A stretch of DNA of 50,766 nt from a virus: the IMG/VR virus record IMGVR_UViG_3300032001_000008, one strand, 5' to 3'. Both the position numbers and the translations under genes were made by a program. This document shows positions 8,068-15,014 of the stretch, piece by piece. Under the pieces are notes generated by a model. That model searched no databases. It was not told the origin of the DNA and saw only the letters and a program-made list of their open reading frames with translations. Within the stretch, counting starts at the first letter, position 1, and the number at the start of each line of letters is the position of its first letter.

Positions 8068-8276
8068 GGTGCCTTTCTGAGTGCCTTGAGTGACTCCTTC
8101 ATGGCGTTCACGTCAACGGGAGCGCGCTTCGCACGGGCTGAAGCTTGGGCGGCGCCTCGCCGGGCCTCTCGGAGGTCCAGCATGGCATCCCGCCAATCCT
8201 CAGGAGTCATCGTACCCGCTTCCTGCTTGGCGCGCCATTGAGAAATCTTCTGGAGAGTTTCAGGGGACTGTAACAC
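8064..8276 (-). CDS. Hypothetical protein (~70 aa)
   Basis: GTG 8276 is preceded by AAGGAG plus 6 nt. The track start 8309 is also GTG but has no SD. Confidence 0.5.
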   Translation of the reverse strand: MLQSPETLQKISQWRAKQEAGTMTPEDWRDAMLDLREARRGAAQASARAKRAPVDVNAMKESLKALRKAP

Positions 8277-8460
8277 GTTTAGCTCCTTCGATCCGATCCC
8301 TGTATTCACGCAATAGCTGGACGATTAGACGCTGATAGGCGCCGTGGGGGACTCGCAGCTCTGCGTCCGACCAGAGATGGAGGTCGAGCCAAGTTCGGAG
8401 ATCCTCCGGGAGGGAGGTCTTGAGGTGGACAGGGCGAATGATGTTGGGAGGGCGAGGCAT
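8260..8460 (-). CDS. Ribbon-helix-helix (Arc/CopG-like) DNA-binding protein
   Basis: Internal ATG 8460 overlaps the upstream TAA (TAATG). MPRPPNIIRPVHLKTSLPEDLRTWLDLHLW..GAYQRLIVQLLREY fits a beta-alpha-alpha pattern. Confidence 0.5.
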   Translation of the reverse strand: MPRPPNIIRPVHLKTSLPEDLRTWLDLHLWSDAELRVPHGAYQRLIVQLLREYRDRIEGAKRVTVP

Positions 8461-8612
8461 TAGACCTTCCCCGCGCACTCCGTGCTGTTGCGCTGGCAGC
8501 GAGGGTCGGGACCCTTCGAGCCGGGGATGAAGAGGACGTGGCGAGAGCGGAGCCAGCGCTGATGCCGGCGAGCCCTCCACCAATAGTGCCACTGCAAAAG
8601 GCGAGCGATCAT
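8460..8612 (-). CDS. 50-aa W/H/R-rich micro-ORF
   Basis: MIARLLQWHYWWRARRHQRWLRSRH... AAGGAG SD 9 nt upstream. ATGA overlap with the preceding micro-ORF. Confidence 0.3.
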   Translation of the reverse strand: MIARLLQWHYWWRARRHQRWLRSRHVLFIPGSKGPDPRCQRNSTECAGKV

Positions 8613-8716
8613 ATCGGCCAGCTCCTTGCAAAGATATGCAGGTAAAGGTTGCGCATCGGGACGCTGGCGTGATGCCACCAGTTGATGCGGTAGTAATAGG
8701 TTTTCCTCAGCTTCAT
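8609..8716 (-). CDS. 35-aa W/H/Y-rich micro-ORF
   Basis: MKLRKTYYYRINWWHHASVPMRNLYLHIFARSWPI. ATGA overlaps at both ends. Confidence 0.3.
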   Translation of the reverse strand: MKLRKTYYYRINWWHHASVPMRNLYLHIFARSWPI

Positions 8717-9000
8717 AATTCTTCCCCCTTGGCGATTTTGGCGTCGATCCAGGCGCGCAGCTCATCGAGCGGCGTGTCCTTCTTGATTCTAGTGAAGTAC
8801 CAGCGGAACCGCATAGCGTCCATGCCGTCGTCCGCTAGGAGGGCGCGGAGTCGGCGTCTCTTCTCCAGCCCATTGATGTGATGCTCTGCCGCCAGCTCGG
8901 CCTCGGTTTTCTTCCTGACAACGGCCTTGGCCCGCCGGACAAGATCAGCCCGGTAGAGGGCGCGGCGAAGGATCTCGTCCAGTTTATTTTGGGGGCTCAT
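8713..9000 (-). CDS. Hypothetical basic helical protein, possibly translated from a near-leaderless mRNA
   Basis: MSPQNKLDEILRRALYRADLVRRAKAV... The upstream in-frame ATG 9012 lies inside the predicted -10 element. Confidence 0.5.
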   Translation of the reverse strand: MSPQNKLDEILRRALYRADLVRRAKAVVRKKTEAELAAEHHINGLEKRRRLRALLADDGMDAMRFRWYFTRIKKDTPLDELRAWIDAKIAKGEEL

Positions 9001-9010
9001 TATGTCGGCC

Positions 9011-9039
9011 ATAATACGCCCATATTTCAATCCTTGCAA
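9011..9039 (-). promoter_or_regulatory. Sigma70-like promoter TTGCAA-17-TATTAT
   Basis: Minus strand: TTGCAA (9039..9034), 17-nt spacer, TATTAT (9016..9011). It sits just downstream of a terminator. Confidence 0.4.
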
Positions 9040-9061
9040 TCCAGCATTTGGAATCCTGGGC

Positions 9062-9094
9062 ACAAAAAAGAAAGGCCCCACCGTCGGGGGGCCT
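9062..9094 (-). terminator. Rho-independent terminator
   Basis: Minus strand AGGCCCC-CCGACGGT-GGGGCCT followed by TTCTTTTTTG, about 70 nt after the stop at 9168. Confidence 0.8.
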
Positions 9095-9167
9095 CTCTTC
9101 CGCCTCTGGACTCGCTTTCAGAGACTTGGCTGGCTCACAGGGGAAGCGAGCTGCCTGGGCTCTCGAA

Positions 9168-9848
9168 TCAGGCTGCGAGCTTCTTCAGCCCCGCCTTCAA
9201 CCCAGCCACGTCCACCTTCGGTCCCCGATCCGCCATCTCCTGCCGGATGCGGTCGATGTGAACCTTGATGTCCGGGTCAGCGGAGAGCTGGTCGCGGGCG
9301 TTCTTGTCCCACCCCTTGATGTGCTCCTGCATCTCCTGCGCCGAGCGGCCGGTGTAGGCCATGAGGGCCTTCACCAGGATGCTCTTGCCGGCGAGGTCGC
9401 CGCCGACGCGGGTCTTCGTCCAATCGCCTGCCTGGACGCGGGCGTCCAGCTCATCCGTGGTCATTGCCCAGTCGTCGAGGTCCTCGGCCTTCTCCCCTGC
9501 CAGCTCATCCCCGTACTTCTGCAGCCCACCATGCTTGACGTAGAAAAGACCAAGCGCGGGGTTGACTGGATAGGTGCGGGTAGTGCCGTTGTAGAAGTCG
9601 AACCGAAAGGCGATATCGCCGGGGGTGGCCTTCGCCAGCTCCTCGGGTGAGGCGTCGTCGAACAGCTTATAGTCGCCGTTGACTCGGATCAGCGCGTCCT
9701 TGCTGAACCGCTGAGCCTTCTTATCCCCTTGGGCTCCGAGGAAGCTCACCACCCTGCCGTCGGACATGGTGACTTTCTCCACAGGCCGCTGGCCTTTCTT
9801 CGCCTTCTCCGCGGTTGCCTCTTCTACCTTCTCTGCTGTCTCGCTCAT
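9168..9848 (-). CDS. Early protein, paralog A of 15475..16077 (unknown function)
   Basis: 226-aa ORF. It shares RFD.., ..LVKALMAY/LIRALQRIY, DPDIKVHIDRI/DPDVKPVIDAI and LKAGLKK/LKAGLMAK with the 200-aa ORF. It has its own promoter and terminator. Confidence 0.8.
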   Translation of the reverse strand: MSETAEKVEEATAEKAKKGQRPVEKVTMSDGRVVSFLGAQGDKKAQRFSKDALIRVNGDYKLFDDASPEELAKATPGDIAFRFDFYNGTTRTYPVNPALGLFYVKHGGLQKYGDELAGEKAEDLDDWAMTTDELDARVQAGDWTKTRVGGDLAGKSILVKALMAYTGRSAQEMQEHIKGWDKNARDQLSADPDIKVHIDRIRQEMADRGPKVDVAGLKAGLKKLAA

Positions 9849-9919
9849 CTTCTGTCTCCGTTTCTGGATGCCGGCGTCTTTCTAGCGGCGCGCCGGCGGT
9901 AACTCCGCATTGCAGTGGC

Positions 9920-9948
9920 ATGATCGCACACCCCCGACGGGATGTCAA
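9920..9948 (-). promoter_or_regulatory. Sigma70-like promoter TTGACA-17-GATCAT, preceded by palindrome AGGATTTCAAATCCT
   Basis: Minus strand: TTGACA (9948..9943), 17-nt spacer, GATCAT (9925..9920). About 70 nt upstream of ATG 9848. Confidence 0.5.
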
Positions 9949-10073
9949 TTCAGGATTTGAAATCCTTGGCTAATCCTCGTCCCCCTCCTCATAGGAGTCC
10001 GATTCGAAGTCCTCATTGAACAGGACGGGAGCAGACTCGTCGTCGTCTGCTCCTGGCTCTTCCCAGATCCAGT

Positions 10074-10178
10074 CTATGAGAGATATCTTATCCATAGCAG
10101 GATGATGATAGAGATGAAAACGGTTATAAGGGCGAAGAGAGTTAAGAGCGTGAAGATGTTCTCCGAGTTAATGCGCAT
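10074..10178 (-). CDS. 34-aa TM micro-ORF
   Basis: MRINSENIFTLLTLFALITVFISIIILLWIRYLS. SD GGAG 7 nt upstream. Overlaps the tail of 10142..10369. Confidence 0.3.
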   Translation of the reverse strand: MRINSENIFTLLTLFALITVFISIIILLWIRYLS

Positions 10179-10369
10179 TGGATTCTCCAAGCGATGAGGG
10201 CGATCAGGAGAAGAGCCCAGGTGGCTGGCTCTGCAACGCTGACGGCCTGGGAGAGAGAGGCGGGCGGCGGTCCTTGGTAGTAGTAGGCGGCGCTGTCGGC
10301 CTGGATGCCATAGGCAATACAGGGAGTGCCGTCGGGGTGGAAGCAGTTGGGGATGATGGAAGCGCTCAT
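10142..10369 (-). CDS. 75-aa protein with C-terminal TM helix
   Basis: GAGGAG SD. Contains ..EPATWALLLIALIAW... Confidence 0.55.
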   Translation of the reverse strand: MSASIIPNCFHPDGTPCIAYGIQADSAAYYYQGPPPASLSQAVSVAEPATWALLLIALIAWRIQCALTRRTSSRS

Positions 10370-10371
10370 CT

Positions 10372-10602
10372 TTATTTCTCCTCGTAGAACTTCCGATACT
10401 CAGGCATGAGTATCGCGAAGGTTTGGTCGTAGATCTGGTCAGCGGTCTCAGAGATCCATTTCTCCGAGTGCTTCTTCCCGTGAAGGGCGCCGCCGCAGTG
10501 GCACTGGCAGGCGGGCCAGCGGGCCCCCTCACAAGCCTCGGCGTTGCGCCGGATGAGAGAGGCGGTTGCCTCCCGTGTCCTCAGTCCGTAGGGTCTTTTC
10601 AT
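10372..10602 (-). CDS. Small Cys/His-cluster protein
   Basis: 76-aa ORF with ACEGARWPACQCHCGGALHGKKH. Confidence 0.65.
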   Translation of the reverse strand: MKRPYGLRTREATASLIRRNAEACEGARWPACQCHCGGALHGKKHSEKWISETADQIYDQTFAILMPEYRKFYEEK

Positions 10603-10748
10603 TCTTCATCTCCAAAGTGCAAGAGTCCTTTCCAGATGATTCTGTAGAATATCCTTATTACCAGGTAAGTAGTGAATCCCAAGCTGAGCTTCAGCATAGT
10701 TACCCAGGCTAGGCTGTATGCCAGAGCCATCCAGTGTAGAATTTTCAT
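10599..10748 (-). CDS. 49-aa two-TM membrane protein
   Basis: Hand translation: MKILHWMALAYSLAWVTMLKLSLGFTTYLVIRIFYRIIWKGLLHFGDEE. ATGA overlaps at both ends. Confidence 0.5.
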   Translation of the reverse strand: MKILHWMALAYSLAWVTMLKLSLGFTTYLVIRIFYRIIWKGLLHFGDEE

Positions 10749-12217
10749 CCCTTCACTCCATACGTGAGAGTGCTGCGAGCGCGAGTGATAGCAACATATC
10801 GCAGGTTATATTCCTGTTGCAGGGCTGCCTCTTCCTTAATCCACCACCCCGGTACGAGGTCCGGACGCAAGAAGTATACGTGGTCGGCCTCCAGCCCCTT
10901 TGCCTTGTGGATGGTGCTGAACAAGGGTCCTGAACGGCCCTCGGATAGCTGGCGAATGACATTTAAGACCTCCTCTGTTGTTTTGGTGTCCTGGGCGAGG
11001 GAGCGGACGGTCGCGGCCTTGTCCTCAAGGGCGGCGACCTTCCAGGGCATGCCCTTGGACTCGGCGGCATCGGTCTCCTTTGCCAGCCACCTGTCCAGGC
11101 GGATAAGCATTTGCTGAGTCTCCTGGGTGCGGAACTTGCGGATGAAGCTCGCCAACCCATCCAGAGCGTTGCTCAGCACCCTGCAGGGCTGGCGGGCTCG
11201 AACCTGGCGCATAACGGCGGCGAAGAGGGGTGCGTTGTTCCTGCAGACTATGAGCTTGTCATCACCTGTCCAGAACTCGGGATCGCCGTCCTCGGCGTGC
11301 CGGGAGTGGACCTCGCCGGCAGGTGCCCCCGGACGGGGCTGGATATGCGGCACCAAGGCCTGGGCCTCCCGAATGACAGACTCGGGACAGCGGTAGCTGA
11401 TGGAGAGGGGAAGCTCCCTCATCCGGAAGTGTGCCTTCAAGAGATCGAGGGAATTATGGAGGGCGCCCCTGAAGCCATAGATGGCCTGGTGGCGGTCGCC
11501 GACTGCGATGGGGCGAGCCCCAGCATCCCTCAGCTTCTCCAGAATCAGATGCTGGATGCGGTTGAGATCCTGAGCTTCGTCCACCAAGACCGTGCCGAAG
11601 CTGGGGAAATCCCAACCATTATAGATGGGCCCATAAAGCTGATCGTCGAAATCGAATGTAGCCAGGTCGGAGCGAGAGAGATTGAAAACCTTGGCTGCGT
11701 AATGCGCTGCTGCCAGCACATCGCTATCGTCGATGTCCCACTCGCCGCCGGTGATAAGGTGTTCGAGATCACTGTCGTTTACCTCAGATTCGATGCCCAG
11801 CCCAGAGGCTTTGGCGGTGCTGATTATACGCTGGACGATGTAGCCGAACTGCCGGCGAGCTTCGGCCGGCATGACCTGCTCTACGAGCTTCTCGGTCTTC
11901 CTCGCGTCCAGACGGGAAGAAGGGGAGTTGACCATCCAGAGGCGGTGGCCCAGGGCGTTGAGGGTTTTGGCCTCCCCCTTGGGCAGCTTCCCTCGGATGT
12001 CCTCTGCGATGGACTTGTTGAAGGCCAGGAAGAGGCAGGGACCGGCGGCGAACTCTGTGCCTGCGATGATGGTGGTAGTTTTGGCCCCTCCTGCCACGGC
12101 CTCAATCAGGATCGGATCGGAAGTCTCCCGGATGGCTGTGAAGACAGCCTCCTGGAGAGGGGACCAGGCCCGAGCCGGCGGCTGGGTGGCCTCGATATTC
12201 TCAGTCAACAGATTCAT
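10745..12217 (-). CDS. UvrD/Rep/PcrA-like SF1 DNA helicase
   Basis: Motifs AVAGGAKTTT (I), VLVDEAQDL (II), GDRHQAIYGFRGA (III), SYRCP (IV), TIHKAKGLEADHVYF (V) and YVAITRA (VI). ATG 12217 has AAGGAG plus 6 nt. Confidence 0.9.
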   Translation of the reverse strand: MNLLTENIEATQPPARAWSPLQEAVFTAIRETSDPILIEAVAGGAKTTTIIAGTEFAAGPCLFLAFNKSIAEDIRGKLPKGEAKTLNALGHRLWMVNSPSSRLDARKTEKLVEQVMPAEARRQFGYIVQRIISTAKASGLGIESEVNDSDLEHLITGGEWDIDDSDVLAAAHYAAKVFNLSRSDLATFDFDDQLYGPIYNGWDFPSFGTVLVDEAQDLNRIQHLILEKLRDAGARPIAVGDRHQAIYGFRGALHNSLDLLKAHFRMRELPLSISYRCPESVIREAQALVPHIQPRPGAPAGEVHSRHAEDGDPEFWTGDDKLIVCRNNAPLFAAVMRQVRARQPCRVLSNALDGLASFIRKFRTQETQQMLIRLDRWLAKETDAAESKGMPWKVAALEDKAATVRSLAQDTKTTEEVLNVIRQLSEGRSGPLFSTIHKAKGLEADHVYFLRPDLVPGWWIKEEAALQQEYNLRYVAITRARSTLTYGVKG

Positions 12218-12248
12218 GCGAGTCTCCTTCGATGCTGAACGCATCCCA

Positions 12249-12270
12249 CAGCCCTTCCTCCGAAGGGCTG
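12249..12270 (-). promoter_or_regulatory. 9-bp perfect stem-loop between genes (no U-tract)
   Basis: CAGCCCTTC-ctcc-GAAGGGCTG, located between the stop at 12281 and the helicase SD. Confidence 0.4.
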
Positions 12271-12280
12271 GGAGCTGAGT

Positions 12281-12412
12281 TCAGTCTCTGCCGTTAGCCC
12301 AGGTTTGCGGGTCTTCGATGATGGTTCCGCTCTCTTCGTAGCGAGTTACTGTGATGGTGTAGCCATCTCCGGAAGTGAACCGGCGAGCCGCATTTGCGCA
12401 TTGGCAACCCAC
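12281..12412 (-). CDS. 43-aa ORF (GTG start), second copy of the RFT..SGDG.T module
   Basis: Hand translation: ..RRFTSGDGYTITVTRYEESGTIIEDPQTWANGRD. Different frame from 12346..12540, which it overlaps. Confidence 0.3.
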   Translation of the reverse strand: MGCQCANAARRFTSGDGYTITVTRYEESGTIIEDPQTWANGRD

Positions 12413-12540
12413 TCGTGCGCCGCCTGCGCTTCTTCCGGCGTGGAGAAGAACAGCACCAGCTGCGGTGTCGATCCGTCGCCACTAGAGTTGTAAGCGGCAG
12501 TAAAGCGGAGCAGGGGGTTCTCGGTCCGATATTCAGTCAT
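12346..12540 (-). CDS. 64-aa hypothetical protein
   Basis: Internal ATG 12540: MTEYRTENPLLRFTAAYNSSGDGSTPQLVLFFSTPEEAQAAHEWVANAQ... Confidence 0.5.
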   Translation of the reverse strand: MTEYRTENPLLRFTAAYNSSGDGSTPQLVLFFSTPEEAQAAHEWVANAQMRLAGSLPEMATPSQ

Positions 12541-12817
12541 TGGCGATCTCCAGTAGTACATCTCCGTGGCACGCCTTGGGCGCACACCAGCAGCCCAGTG
12601 TCTTGCCACGCAAGTCTCGGCGGGCCATGGCAACAATGCTGGGTTCACTCATCAGCCACGCCCGGTATTTGGCGATCACCTGCTCCCGCGTGCCGTCCTT
12701 GCCGATCACGAAAGGATTACCCCAGTGCGTCTGCCGGTCTATGCGCACGTCGTACGACTCGCGCTTGAGGTGTACGACGCGGGGTTTCGATGGACGGTGA
12801 GCATCAGTAGGAGCCAT
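12533..12817 (-). CDS. DUF4326-family protein
   Basis: 94 aa. THWGNPFVIGKDGTREQVIAKYRAWL...LRGKTLGCWCAPKACHGDVL matches the DUF4326 signature as I recall it. Confidence 0.75.
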   Translation of the reverse strand: MAPTDAHRPSKPRVVHLKRESYDVRIDRQTHWGNPFVIGKDGTREQVIAKYRAWLMSEPSIVAMARRDLRGKTLGCWCAPKACHGDVLLEIAND

Positions 12818-13067
12818 ATTCGTCCCCTTGCTTATCCTTCCAGTACTGCTCGGTGGCTATGCCGCGCTTCTCCTCGCGTTCGTCTCGCAGAGCCTGCCGA
12901 AATTCCCGACGACCCTGGACGGCCTGAATGTAAAGGCGCTCGAGACGCTCGATTTCATCGGCGGCCTCATTCATCAGCGCCCCACCATCAATCTCTGCCT
13001 CAGGCATCCGTTTTCCAGCCGACCGTAGTCGGTAGACGAGCGTTTTGTTTGTCAGCTGTGCAGTCAC
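12804..13067 (-). CDS. Hypothetical coiled-coil protein with EAADEIERL motif
   Basis: GTG 13067 overlaps the upstream TGA (GTGA). The N-terminal part of track ORF 12804..13139 overlaps the preceding gene. Confidence 0.5.
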   Translation of the reverse strand: MTAQLTNKTLVYRLRSAGKRMPEAEIDGGALMNEAADEIERLERLYIQAVQGRREFRQALRDEREEKRGIATEQYWKDKQGDEYGSY

Positions 13068-13393
13068 GGCTGTGCCTTCTTGGCGATACGGCGCAGACGC
13101 GCCTTCAGATTCTTCTTCTCGCGCGCCGTCACTGCGCATTGCTCCATCTTGTCCAGCCGCTTATCGAGCGCCTCGAGCTTCTTGAGAAGCTCAAGCATCT
13201 GGGCCGCCAAAGACGGATCCGACTGGATCAGTGGCCACGGGATAGAGTTTGGATTTGGCACCGGCCCCGGAAGGAATGGCGGATTGTGCGGCTGGAGAGG
13301 CGGCCATGTCGGATGATGCCAACCGTCAATCACCGTAGAAGTGACACACATTTCGTTACTCTCCGTTGCTCGTTTCTGCAGTCTTCGACTCAT
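13064..13393 (-). CDS. Hypothetical Pro-rich / coiled-coil protein
   Basis: 109-aa ORF. Its ATG overlaps the TGA of the methyltransferase-remnant frame. Confidence 0.55.
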   Translation of the reverse strand: MSRRLQKRATESNEMCVTSTVIDGWHHPTWPPLQPHNPPFLPGPVPNPNSIPWPLIQSDPSLAAQMLELLKKLEALDKRLDKMEQCAVTAREKKNLKARLRRIAKKAQP

Positions 13394-13554
13394 TCGCCAT
13401 ACTCAGCCCTCATGATTGCGCGGCCGATGATTTCCGGGATTTGCGGGACGACGGCGTTGCCCAGAACTCGGAGACGGTCCAATCGTACATTAGGGCACCT
13501 CCACGGGGAGCATCTTGATGGTGATAACCCCCCATCTATCGTCATAGTGCTCAT
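13390..13554 (-). pseudogene. C5-cytosine DNA methyltransferase remnant (motif X only)
   Basis: Hand translation ends ..NVRLDRLRVLGNAVVPQIPEIIGRAIMRAEYGE*. GNAVVP plus a hydrophobic helix is the C-terminal motif X of Dcm-type MTases. No PCQ or ENV motif is present anywhere upstream. Confidence 0.45.
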
Positions 13555-13702
13555 GGTGAGTCTGTCCCATCTGCGTGCAGGCCTCCAAGAGGGCGGGGTG
13601 AATCCCCAGCACGATCATAACCGTGTCTGAGGGCCCATCCATTATGAGCCGCCCCTCAGAGTCGGTGAGCCGGTAGAGAATCTGCCCGATGCCGCCGCTC
13701 AT
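13490..13702 (-). CDS. Hypothetical 70-aa protein (possibly part of the decayed methyltransferase)
   Basis: Starts MSGGIGQ (weakly motif-I-like). Contains LLEACTQMG (weakly motif-IX-like). Overlaps the remnant frame. Confidence 0.45.
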   Translation of the reverse strand: MSGGIGQILYRLTDSEGRLIMDGPSDTVMIVLGIHPALLEACTQMGQTHHEHYDDRWGVITIKMLPVEVP

Positions 13703-14124
13703 GACTCCTCCCCACAGCGGACTTCATAGATGTCCTGCTCTTCGGTGATGGTGCGAGTGCCGACCTTAACCCTCTTGCAGACGGAAGAGGTGAAGCTGAA
13801 CCAGATGGAGATAGTCATCTCCGAGCCTGGCACAACCTTGTCGAACCAAGTGTAGAACTCAGTGGTAGGTGCCTCCACGTACTTGTCAGGCTTGAAGCCT
13901 GCCCGGCGAAGGATGTTCCACACCTTCTGGAGTCGGACCTGGTCGCCGGCGAATCGGATGGCGATGCTGCGATCGTTGAAGTCGAAGGAGGGCTCGATCT
14001 CTACCTCCTGCAGTTCAGTGAACATATGAGAGTGAGTATCTACGATCGTCTGCCAGTCGGCGAACAGCTCCGTTATCCTGATCTTGCGGACGTCCAGGAT
14101 ATCCTGAGCGGAGGGAGTTGTCAT
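13699..14124 (-). CDS. Hypothetical protein (141 aa)
   Basis: Clean ORF with ATGA overlaps at both ends. Confidence 0.7.
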   Translation of the reverse strand: MTTPSAQDILDVRKIRITELFADWQTIVDTHSHMFTELQEVEIEPSFDFNDRSIAIRFAGDQVRLQKVWNILRRAGFKPDKYVEAPTTEFYTWFDKVVPGSEMTISIWFSFTSSVCKRVKVGTRTITEEQDIYEVRCGEES

Positions 14125-14201
14125 GGAATGCTCCTGATTAAGAGGTAGAGGGCCAGGCCGATGGCACAGAGGCCTATCATCAGATCAAGAATTGCTTTCA
14201 T
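14121..14201 (-). CDS. 26-aa TM micro-ORF
   Basis: MKAILDLMIGLCAIGLALYLLIRSIP. AGGAG upstream. Its stop overlaps the next ATG. Confidence 0.35.
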   Translation of the reverse strand: MKAILDLMIGLCAIGLALYLLIRSIP

Positions 14202-14565
14202 CCGAGCGAGTCTCCTGTTGAAAGGTCATTAACCTTGGCGAAGTCTTCAATAGATACCATGCTGCTGCTGGGATTAGCTGCTCCCATTGTCCAAGCAGTG
14301 CGCCATTGCAACGCTTGCAGAGCAATCCCCGCACAACAGGCCCTGTCTTGGTGTTCTCGTGGTCCACCTCCCAGGGCCTGTCCTCCAGAGACTGTTCGCA
14401 GATCCCGCAATTGCCTTTCTGCTTCACCATCAGCTCTATGATGCGCTTCCTGTCTGTTCCATATTTCTTCCCGTCGGTCGTTCTGTTGAATCGTAGCGCA
14501 CGCAGGATACGCGTTTCAACATCCCTTCGGTACATGTCTTCCAGCATTTTGTCTGGGTAGTTCAT
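14185..14565 (-). CDS. Recombination endonuclease VII (T4 gp49-like Holliday-junction resolvase)
   Basis: KGNCGICEQSL..WEVDHENTKTGPVVRGLLCKRCNGALLG matches the Endonuclease_7 signature. Confidence 0.85.
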   Translation of the reverse strand: MNYPDKMLEDMYRRDVETRILRALRFNRTTDGKKYGTDRKRIIELMVKQKGNCGICEQSLEDRPWEVDHENTKTGPVVRGLLCKRCNGALLGQWEQLIPAAAWYLLKTSPRLMTFQQETRSDESNS

Positions 14566-14999
14566 ACCTTCTCACATTCCTTATCAAAGTGATGTATCAC
14601 GCCGCTGTCTGTGAAGGGGAACGCTGTCCTCCTGACCATAATCATCTTGCATTTGCATCGCAGGATCTCATTGGCGGTCGGGCTGTTCTGCTTGGCGGCG
14701 AACCGTGCCATGCTGGCATCAGCCGCCGCCTGCATATCAGGCGTGATTGGTTCGGCGGGCGTGTATTTCTGGATGATGGGCGGCGGCGTCTCAGCCTGCG
14801 CATCTTCCCATTCCACCTCCTCCCCCATCCCTGTGACATCCGCCCAGACTTCCCCCCGCACAATCCTTCCGACTTGAACCGAGGAGATCCCGAACTTGCG
14901 GGCGAGCTTGCTCTGCGTCCATTGCCCAGTCGAATAGAGGCGACATATCTCAATCGCCTGGACTGGGAGGAGCTTGGCATTTCCTTTGTGCTGTCGCAT
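14562..14999 (-). CDS. HTH DNA-binding protein, first gene of an operon
   Basis: ATG 14999 has GGAGG plus 6 nt. LPVQAIEICRLYSTGQWTQSKLARKFGISSVQVGRIVRGEVW. The upstream part of the track ORF lies in the repeat-rich intergenic region. Confidence 0.7.
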   Translation of the reverse strand: MRQHKGNAKLLPVQAIEICRLYSTGQWTQSKLARKFGISSVQVGRIVRGEVWADVTGMGEEVEWEDAQAETPPPIIQKYTPAEPITPDMQAAADASMARFAAKQNSPTANEILRCKCKMIMVRRTAFPFTDSGVIHHFDKECEKV

Positions 15000-15014
15000 T
15001 CGTGACCTCCGGGT

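Noticed and set aside
8460-8716. Programmed -1 frameshift joining the two W/H/R-rich micro-ORFs
   Set aside because: There is no X_XXY_YYZ slippery heptamer at the junction. The second ORF has its own AAGGAG SD and ATGA coupling, so two separate ORFs, or no real gene, is more parsimonious.
11111-12238. 375-aa plus-strand ORF
   Set aside because: Antisense to the UvrD-like helicase, which has all SF1 motifs. Shadow ORF in GC-rich DNA.
12566-13630. 354-aa plus-strand ORF
   Set aside because: It spans several well-supported, ATGA-coupled minus-strand genes. R/P/H-rich junk composition.
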